Shown: positions 1 to 5,120 of the stretch, piece by piece | Position numbering within the stretch: the stretch's first letter is position 1 | Layout: each line of letters starts with the position of its first letter | Virus record (IMG/VR): IMGVR_UViG_3300045988_018413 | Coordinates: 1-6,466 of that record | DNA length: 6,466 nucleotides | Origin: a virus | Strand: one strand, 5' to 3' | Translations under genes and position numbers: made by a program | The notes under the pieces: generated by a model | Told to the model about the DNA's origin: nothing | The model's input: the letters and a program-made list of their open reading frames with translations, nothing else | Database searches by the model: none

Positions 1-55
1 CTACGAAGATCCAGAGAAGGAGAAAGGCCGATACTGGATGATTTTGTCACAGTAG
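1..55. repeat. Terminal direct repeat, copy 1 (assembly overlap of a circular genome)
   Basis: Bases 1-55 (ctacgaagatccagagaaggagaaaggccgatactggatgattttgtcacagtag) are identical to 6412-6466. The repeat lies inside one continuous reading frame, the capsid gene. A 55-nt overlap matches a common de Bruijn assembler k-mer size. Confidence 0.95.
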
Positions 56-560
56 CATTAGACGGAAGAAAATTACCATATCGAAGATACATTAATAACT
101 TTGCCGACTGAGTTAATGAATTGAATCCAAGAAAATTAGAAAAATCCTTGGCACTATCGTAATAAAGGGCATTAATACCATTCAAACTTGAATAGCCGGT
201 ACCACTAATGGTAGTCCAAGGAATGTCTGTAGTCACGACCTTGTTTGAAGACAGTCCGGTAGCCTGAACAGGATTGTCCTGCATTTGCATCAAGGCGGTG
301 GGTAAATTCTTGTTAATCAGACGAAGGGGCACAAAATAGAAATCCAAGTATTCACGAATACGAGTATAAGCAGCCGTGTTCAATGGCTGAGTACGAGTAA
401 AAAGCTGAGTTTTAATTTTAAAAGAATCACCAGGGTAAACAATATCCCAGAACACAGGGAGTAGCTCACCAGCCTTACTGGTGAAACATACCCTATTAGA
501 TAAGTCGAAACCGGAACGTCTGGGATGATTTTTCACGGCCGACATGTTAAATAAGCTCAT
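1..560 (-). CDS. VP1: Major capsid protein VP1 (phiX174 F-like), N-terminal part; continues across the circular junction into 6411->5121
   Basis: Not in the ORF track because it runs off the window edge. Manual translation from the ATG at 560..558 gives MSLFNMSAVKNHPRRSGFDLSNRVCFTSKAGELLPVFWDIVYPGDSFKIKTQLFTRTQPLNTAAYTRIREYLDFYFVPLRL... with no stop down to base 1. It is in frame with the 5121..6461 ORF: the GTG at 6461 equals base 50, and 560-50=510, a multiple of 3. This N-terminal pattern is characteristic of Microviridae major capsid proteins. The joined gene is 1851 nt, or 616 aa. Confidence 0.93.
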   Translation of the reverse strand, partial: MSLFNMSAVKNHPRRSGFDLSNRVCFTSKAGELLPVFWDIVYPGDSFKIKTQLFTRTQPLNTAAYTRIREYLDFYFVPLRLINKNLPTALMQMQDNPVQATGLSSNKVVTTDIPWTTISGTGYSSLNGINALYYDSAKDFSNFLGFNSLTQSAKLLMYLRYGNFLPSNATVTKSSSIGLSPSLDLR

Positions 561-814
561 TAAAACGGAATTTTAAATTGTTTTGGTTTATCGCTGCATG
601 GCAAATCATTCATTCGGAAGATATCTCCAAAAAAGCAATCAGTATAATACAAAGGATCAAAAGCATAATCAAAAATTTTGTTTAATATATTCATTTTTTT
701 AGTCAGATCGACAATATCGCGCGCTTCAACAAAAGTTGTAGCTACCAAAAAATACTGATCCTCAATAAAGGTATCAGAATTATGTTGATAAATGTATACT
801 TTATATTTCGCCAT
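560..814 (-). CDS. Hypothetical 84-aa protein between VP4 and VP1
   Basis: ATG-initiated ORF on the gene strand. Its start overlaps the VP4 3' end by 14 nt (801-814). Its TAA stop shares one base with the VP1 ATG (TAATG at 562->558), the arrangement expected for translational coupling. I recognise no motif; it is slightly acidic and not J-like. Confidence 0.6.
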   Translation of the reverse strand: MAKYKVYIYQHNSDTFIEDQYFLVATTFVEARDIVDLTKKMNILNKIFDYAFDPLYYTDCFFGDIFRMNDLPCSDKPKQFKIPF

Positions 815-2399
815 GATTTCTATAAGATTGTTTAGTAAATATGCCTACAGCATCATTAATTTCTCTGTGTTTTATACGTTTACGAATCTCACTGTGAAGT
901 TTATCACGACAAAGACTTCCGTAATCCGAATCTACGAATCGTTTGATTTTTTCTTGTCTTCGATCCCAAAAAATATCCGACCAATCGCTCTCAAAAGCTT
1001 CAGAATCATGGAATAAATCTTGGAGACTTTTTCGTTCTCTTTCATTGTAAAAATTAATTGAATTTTCGAGTGATTTTTTAATTAATGAATATTCTACTCG
1101 TGTTGACAACAATGTGTAACCAATTCCATTAAGAAACAGTTCAGACTGTCGAAGAAACATATACAACCGAGAATGAAAGCTCCGCACCTCGGAAGGTTCT
1201 CCCTGAATTATTTTCGTATAATCGAGCTTAAGAAAAGAGAGAATACGGTGCAAAGGATAGTCAGATTCTATAAACTTAGCCGCAGCAGAGGGACCTAAGT
1301 CCTGTAAGTATGCATACATTATTCCGGGAGACTGGAACAAGGTCGCCTTCTGGAACGCGGGTCTTTGTTTAAAGTTTCTAGCATATCGTAATATCTCTGT
1401 AAGTTCATGAATATCGCTATGTCTACGTAAAGCGGGTCTGTAAAAGCAGGTATCGATAACCGTGCGCCATGGGAATATAGTGGTATCAAAGCCATTGTAC
1501 GGCAGGCTCTTTCCATTAAGGATTTCATCGAAGTCACCCGATTGAGCTTTCTTAATCGAAGACTCGAAAAAAGAGTATCCGAACTTATTTGAAAATCTTG
1601 CGAAAGGCCGAATAGCACGAATTTCTTGGATATGTAAGGGAATAGAACTAAAGCTGTTAAGATACGAGCTAACGTAGTCTTCAGCGTTGCCTCTCGAGGC
1701 AGAACAATCGACACGTCCAAATCTCCAACACGAACCTGCAATTCTGACAATATTCTGGGCGAGTTCGTCGGAGTCAAAGAATAATAAGAGATGGAAATGC
1801 GGGCGGAAAGAGACTGGTCCGTACTCTCCCACAATATATGCGTGAACTGTTTCATTTATTCCTAATTTAGATATATATTTCCTCACGCGCTTCATGTAAA
1901 GGGCTACATCATCATGTAAAAGGTAAGGAATACGGCCTGAAAGTTCGGGATATTTACCATTGTACGAAAGATTAGCCTTCCGTACATAAGAAGTCCAATA
2001 ATCACGGTTTACTGAAAAGGAAAATGTCTCTATCTTGGGTGATGCAAGGCCGCGAATCTTTAACTTATGCTTGGCACCACGATACGTACAAGTACTATAC
2101 ATAGGGTTACGATTACGACAATAAGCAGTAATCGCAAGAAAATCAGCATCCAAAGCTTCGATTTCGTATTCATAGTACGGAATATACCTCTGGGCATAAG
2201 TAAGAGTGACAAAATATATGTGACGAGAAACCAAAGATTGCGCATGAACTTTATTCTGAGAAAGAATCGACTTATTAAAACGACAAGCAGGACATGTTCC
2301 GCAAGGAACCATAATCAATTCACCAGTATACGGATTTTTAGTCTGCACCTGATGCTGACACATTGAGAAGACTTTTTGTATGAATTCCTGTTGGTTCAT
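801..2399 (-). CDS. VP4: Replication initiation protein VP4 (HUH rolling-circle endonuclease, phiX174 gpA-like)
   Basis: 532-aa ORF. It has an N-terminal Cys cluster (PCGTCPACR), motif 1 FVTLTY, an HUH motif in RPHFHLLLF (HFH encoded at 1799..1791), and a downstream tyrosine motif EDYVSSYLNS. Order and spacing fit Microviridae Rep proteins. Confidence 0.9.
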   Translation of the reverse strand: MNQQEFIQKVFSMCQHQVQTKNPYTGELIMVPCGTCPACRFNKSILSQNKVHAQSLVSRHIYFVTLTYAQRYIPYYEYEIEALDADFLAITAYCRNRNPMYSTCTYRGAKHKLKIRGLASPKIETFSFSVNRDYWTSYVRKANLSYNGKYPELSGRIPYLLHDDVALYMKRVRKYISKLGINETVHAYIVGEYGPVSFRPHFHLLLFFDSDELAQNIVRIAGSCWRFGRVDCSASRGNAEDYVSSYLNSFSSIPLHIQEIRAIRPFARFSNKFGYSFFESSIKKAQSGDFDEILNGKSLPYNGFDTTIFPWRTVIDTCFYRPALRRHSDIHELTEILRYARNFKQRPAFQKATLFQSPGIMYAYLQDLGPSAAAKFIESDYPLHRILSFLKLDYTKIIQGEPSEVRSFHSRLYMFLRQSELFLNGIGYTLLSTRVEYSLIKKSLENSINFYNERERKSLQDLFHDSEAFESDWSDIFWDRRQEKIKRFVDSDYGSLCRDKLHSEIRKRIKHREINDAVGIFTKQSYRNHGEI

Positions 2400-2411
2400 G
2401 TCCTGTAAAAT

Positions 2412-2636
2412 TTAATCCTTATCGTTACTTAGTAAATAGAGGTTTTCTTCCGGAAAAACGTCAAAAAGCAAAACAGAATTACTATTAGGTCTTGCGTTCT
2501 CATGCAGGAAGTGTAACAATTCTGCTTCCTCTACTACATAAATTTCAGGGTCCATCGGGTGTTGAGGATCCTGTGTCTTCGGGTGTTTAAGTACTTTAAA
2601 TAACATATCTGTTTGTTTTAAAATTGTGATATGCAA
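2412..2636 (-). CDS. Hypothetical small acidic protein upstream of VP4 (start uncertain: TTG at 2636 or ATG at 2606, 74 or 64 aa)
   Basis: First ORF after the AT-rich putative promoter on the gene strand, ending 12 nt before the VP4 ATG. The track start is TTG. The first ATG is at 2606..2604 (MLFKVLKHPKTQ...). I recognise no motif. Confidence 0.45.
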   Translation of the reverse strand: MHITILKQTDMLFKVLKHPKTQDPQHPMDPEIYVVEEAELLHFLHENARPNSNSVLLFDVFPEENLYLLSNDKD

Positions 2637-2665
2637 ATATTCAAAAATTTTTCTGAAACATCAAA
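2634..2665 (-). promoter_or_regulatory. Candidate Bacteroidota-type promoter for the gene strand (-33 TTTG / -7 AATATTTG)
   Basis: The minus strand reads GATTTTG (TTTG at 2665->2662), then 20 nt, then AATATTTG (2641->2634). This resembles the Bacteroides -33 TTTG / -7 TAnnTTTG consensus, matching 5 of the 6 defined -7 positions. It lies in a 20% GC stretch just upstream of the first gene. It depends on an assumed Bacteroidota host. Confidence 0.25.
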
Positions 2666-3030
2666 ATCTTTTCATATTTTTCTTCACAATTTTTTTAACC
2701 GGTATCTCAGTGTCACTTTTGCATATTTAGGATAAAGGGGTTGAATCAGGGAATGGAGAAACCTGATTCCCATTCGGGCAAAAGTGTAGGCTACGCTAAA
2801 TTCTCCATGTACGCGGCTTCGCCAAACGACGTTTAAAGGACAACAAATCCTTCGGACCGGAACAGTAAAGAAATTCTTAACGGCTTCTAAGGAAGCCTAA
2901 ATTCCTTTCCTATTCCTTTTGTTTTTTGTTATCCGACCTGTGGTCGGCGCTCCGCTTGTAGACCTTCGGTCTGTTCCGGGCGCAGCATCGCGCCCTACAC
3001 GGAACCTAACGTGAATGAACATGACGTAAT

Positions 3031-3041
3031 GGATGTTTACG
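3031..3041. repeat. 11-nt direct repeat GGATGTTTACG, copy 1
   Basis: Exact match to 3129-3139. It abuts the hairpin at 3043-3057. Confidence 0.8.
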
Positions 3042-3128
3042 GGTCAACTCCGTTGACGGCGTGGACCGTGGTTAACATAATGCAAAGGAAGAGTGCCGCA
3101 AGAGTAAGAGATATACTTAAGGGCGCTG

Positions 3129-3139
3129 GGATGTTTACG
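3129..3139. repeat. 11-nt direct repeat GGATGTTTACG, copy 2
   Basis: Exact match to 3031-3041, 98 nt away. It overlaps the start of the hairpin at 3138-3149. Confidence 0.8.
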
Positions 3140-3385
3140 CGATTCCGCGACACGGACTTCGTCCGGCGCTCTCACTGCGTTAATGGTGTCCTTCGGACAG
3201 TGTCAAAGGGCTGTAAAAACAGCCCTAAAAGAACAAAATGCAATTATCATAAACCAGATGGTAAGGAAGGGGTACAGATTGATAAGGGAAAGAAGACTTA
3301 CAATAAAAAGTAACCTTACTATCAGGATAATACTTGCGGAGACTATTTAAAGATAAATAACATTTAAAAATGTCAATCGAGTCAG

Positions 3386-3421
3386 AACGCAAAAATCCCT
3401 TCCAGCATAAACCGGAAGGGA
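3386..3421 (-). terminator. Rho-independent terminator after VP2
   Basis: The minus strand reads T-CCCTTCC-GGTTTATGCT-GGAAGGG-A-TTTTTGCG. This is an 8-bp stem (3396-3403 / 3414-3421) followed by a T-run (3395->3391). It starts 9 nt after the VP2 TAG stop. On the plus strand the stem is not followed by a T-run. Confidence 0.55.
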
Positions 3422-3430
3422 AATTAATAA

Positions 3431-4657
3431 CTAGAGACCGGCAGCTTTGCCGACCTTTTTAAATGATCCTACTTTACTACCTAAATAAAGCGGACCAGCA
3501 ATGCTACCTACACTTCCAAGGATACCTTTAAGAAATTCCTCTATATTGTAATATATAGGATTGTTCTTCCAAGATGATTTTTCACGATCTTTAAAGATTT
3601 CAGACATATATGCAGCAATACGGGCGGCATTGGATTCATACCGAGCCTGAGTAGCTTTAGACATACCAGCCTGCCAAGCGTCATTGTAAAAGCCATTGTA
3701 ATAAGCAGCATTAGCACGGTACTCGGCAGCCATAGCTTTAAACTGATAATCAGCCAATCTTTCAGCCAGTCTGTTATTAAGCTTCTGACCAGCAGCCTGA
3801 GCCTCAAGGAGAGCCTGCTGTTTAATCTGGGTCTTTACCTGAGCTTCTGAAAGCTTACCAGCCTTATACTGAGCAAAGGCATTAGCGGTTTTCAGGAAAA
3901 ATTCAGCCTGCTGTTGAGCGGGCATAAATTTATTAACTATTCTCTGACCTTCAGCTTGAAGTCCAAGAAGAGCACCTTGAGCAAGAGCTACTTTAATATT
4001 CGTCTCAGTTGAGAGATTTTCCAGACGCTTTTTACGCAAATCGATTCCAAGCAAGTTGGGTGCTTCGTTCTGACGACCTAACTTATACACATCGGTAAGC
4101 CATTCAGAATTACCTCCAATTTTCGACATAATGTCAGCTTTCATCAAATCATCTCCATAAGCACTTGTCAGTCTGGCATCAATGCCACTAGCAACAGCGC
4201 TACCTATCTGTGCTATACCAGAAGCTACATTCTGAAAATCAGCAGCATATCCAGTATAAGCCGGAAGACTAGGCGTATGAGAAGCAGTGGCCGGAGAACC
4301 AGAACCAGGAGACGACTGGGCGCCAGACGTAGAACCAGATCCGGGATCTATATTCATATTATAGGGATTAAAGCCGGCAGCTTCCATACGGGCACGTTGT
4401 GCAGACGGATCATTATATGCGTTTTCACGGTTCCATTGGTCCAAATTCCATTGTTGCGAGGCTTCACGTTCAGAGGTCTGAAAATCACGATTTTTTAACG
4501 CTTCCGAAGCATTAAATTCATTATTGATTTGATTGATCTCTTTAGCGGCTTTAATGGAACGCTTTACAGACTTATTGGACATTCCGGAACCGAGAAAACC
4601 AGTCAGAGCAGAAAGGCCACCAGTAGCAAGGGTGGCCGTTCCAGGATCAACTGGCAT
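3431..4657 (-). CDS. VP2: Minor capsid / DNA pilot protein VP2 (phiX174 H analogue)
   Basis: 408-aa ORF. It begins with a Gly-rich hydrophobic N-terminus (ATLATGGLSALTGFLGSGM). It carries the block typical of Microviridae VP2 proteins: NNEFNASEALKNRDFQTSEREASQQWNLDQWNRENAYNDPSAQRARMEAAGFNPY. A G/S-rich linker follows, then a long Ala/Gln-rich probable helical region. Confidence 0.85.
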   Translation of the reverse strand: MPVDPGTATLATGGLSALTGFLGSGMSNKSVKRSIKAAKEINQINNEFNASEALKNRDFQTSEREASQQWNLDQWNRENAYNDPSAQRARMEAAGFNPYNMNIDPGSGSTSGAQSSPGSGSPATASHTPSLPAYTGYAADFQNVASGIAQIGSAVASGIDARLTSAYGDDLMKADIMSKIGGNSEWLTDVYKLGRQNEAPNLLGIDLRKKRLENLSTETNIKVALAQGALLGLQAEGQRIVNKFMPAQQQAEFFLKTANAFAQYKAGKLSEAQVKTQIKQQALLEAQAAGQKLNNRLAERLADYQFKAMAAEYRANAAYYNGFYNDAWQAGMSKATQARYESNAARIAAYMSEIFKDREKSSWKNNPIYYNIEEFLKGILGSVGSIAGPLYLGSKVGSFKKVGKAAGL

Positions 4658-5109
4658 TATTCAGCAGCTTTTCCAGAATCACCAGTCGCCTCAGACTGCT
4701 GATTGGTTTGTATTGATTCCGTGAGTGCATCAAGCTCAGAGCGGATAGAGTCTCCTGCTGATCCAAGGGATTCAATCCAAGCAAGGACTTCGGAAGGAGT
4801 TTGTATAAACCGAGATTTAATTGCTGTAAACAATTGTTCGTCTGTATATTTATTATCATACGGAGATTTTTTAGGCTGTATTCCACGAATAAGATTCAGG
4901 TACGATTCTTCACCAATCTGGTTACGAAGACGTTCGGCATTCATAAGGAGGTTAACATCTGAAACATAATGAATTACTCCATCATCATCTTTTATATAAC
5001 GAAGTCTTTCGACAGGACCAACCTGACAGTAAATCGCAGATTTTAAAACCCTAACAGAATCCAGCACAGGGGTTTCAATTATCTTATCTTTTTTTTCTTC
5101 TTTTTCCAT
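4657..5109 (-). CDS. 150-aa acidic protein between VP1 and VP2; possible internal scaffolding (VP3-like) protein
   Basis: ATG-initiated ORF 11 nt after the VP1 stop. Its TAA stop shares one base with the VP2 ATG (TAATG at 4659->4655). The ends are acidic and charged (MEKEEKKDK..., ...QQSEATGDSGKAAE), and the size is typical of Microviridae scaffolding proteins. The function is inferred from size, position and composition only. Confidence 0.7.
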   Translation of the reverse strand: MEKEEKKDKIIETPVLDSVRVLKSAIYCQVGPVERLRYIKDDDGVIHYVSDVNLLMNAERLRNQIGEESYLNLIRGIQPKKSPYDNKYTDEQLFTAIKSRFIQTPSEVLAWIESLGSAGDSIRSELDALTESIQTNQQSEATGDSGKAAE

Positions 5110-5120
5110 AGTGACAAAAA

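Larger units (their letters stand above)
2737..3226. other. GC-rich, hairpin-dense noncoding island (structured ssDNA element or structured ncRNA)
   Basis: Perfect stem/loop elements in plus-strand coordinates: 2743-2750/2762-2769 (8 bp), 2882-2887/2892-2897 (6 bp), 2933-2938/2942-2947 (6 bp), 2960-2964/2968-2972 (5 bp), 2978-2983/2990-2995 (6 bp, all G/C), 3043-3048/3052-3057 (6 bp), 3138-3141/3146-3149 (4 bp), 3153-3157/3161-3165 (5 bp), 3187-3191/3195-3199 (5 bp), 3208-3213/3220-3225 (6 bp), plus 3-bp versions at 2815-2823 and 2848-2856. By hand count, G+C is 46/70 in 2931-3000 against 12/60 in 2641-2700. There is no credible gene-strand ORF. Confidence 0.6.

Noticed and set aside
2739-2770. 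GGTTGAATC resembling a tRNA T-arm/T-loop
   Set aside because: It lacks the GTTCRA spacing. No acceptor, D or anticodon arms can be drawn around it. The segment is better explained as the 5' arm of the 8-bp hairpin.
2793-2798. TAGCGT on the gene-sense strand, identical to the CS-6 element of ssoA-type single-strand origins of rolling-circle plasmids
   Set aside because: A single hexamer is at chance level. It is not clearly in a terminal loop, and no accompanying RSB-like element was identified.
2978-2995. GGGCGC-loop-GCGCCC hairpin as a solitary CRISPR-repeat-like unit, or part of a CRISPR array
   Set aside because: There is no repeat-spacer periodicity anywhere in the window. The flanks lack a recognisable repeat handle such as ATTGAAAC. 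The resemblance is limited to a GC-rich stem.
2849-3196. ccttcgg motifs read as RNA C(UUCG)G tetraloops on the plus strand
   Set aside because: In the tetraloop register the next base pair is a mismatch in each case. The stems are perfect only with a 3-nt loop. I kept this as an alternative but judge it less likely than GAA triloops in DNA.
2732-3290. gataaagggg (2731-2740) and gataagggaa (3281-3290) flanking the GC-rich island as possible target-site duplications of an inserted element
   Set aside because: The match is imperfect and short. No terminal inverted repeats or transposase are present. It cannot be distinguished from chance in purine-rich flanks.
3011-3313. 100-aa plus-strand ORF inside the GC-rich island
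   Set aside because: It starts with GTG and lies on the strand opposite every credible gene in a family that transcribes one strand. Its codons are built from the hairpin arms. GC-rich sequence yields long stop-free runs by chance. I recognise no motif.
3371-3376. TTGACA on the minus strand as a sigma-70 -35 box just after the terminator
   Set aside because: No acceptable -10 hexamer lies at 16-18 nt spacing; the best candidates match 4/6 at spacings of 15, 19 or 20 nt. The likely host phylum does not use this consensus.
3423-3439. ATTAATAAC-TAGAGACC resembling the phiX174 gpA origin core (ATTAATAAC..TATAGACC)
   Set aside because: The match is on the window plus strand, the complement of the gene-sense viral strand that Rep should nick. 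About one 9-mer match to a 30-nt query is expected by chance over both strands. The sequence also overlaps the VP2 stop codon region.
3541-3807. 88-aa nested minus-strand ORF in VP2, and the similar 79-aa ORF at 4647-4886
   Set aside because: Both start with non-ATG codons (TTG and GTG). Both lie in the +1 frame, where T/C-rich third positions suppress stops and produce hydrophobic peptides. Their lengths are within chance expectation.
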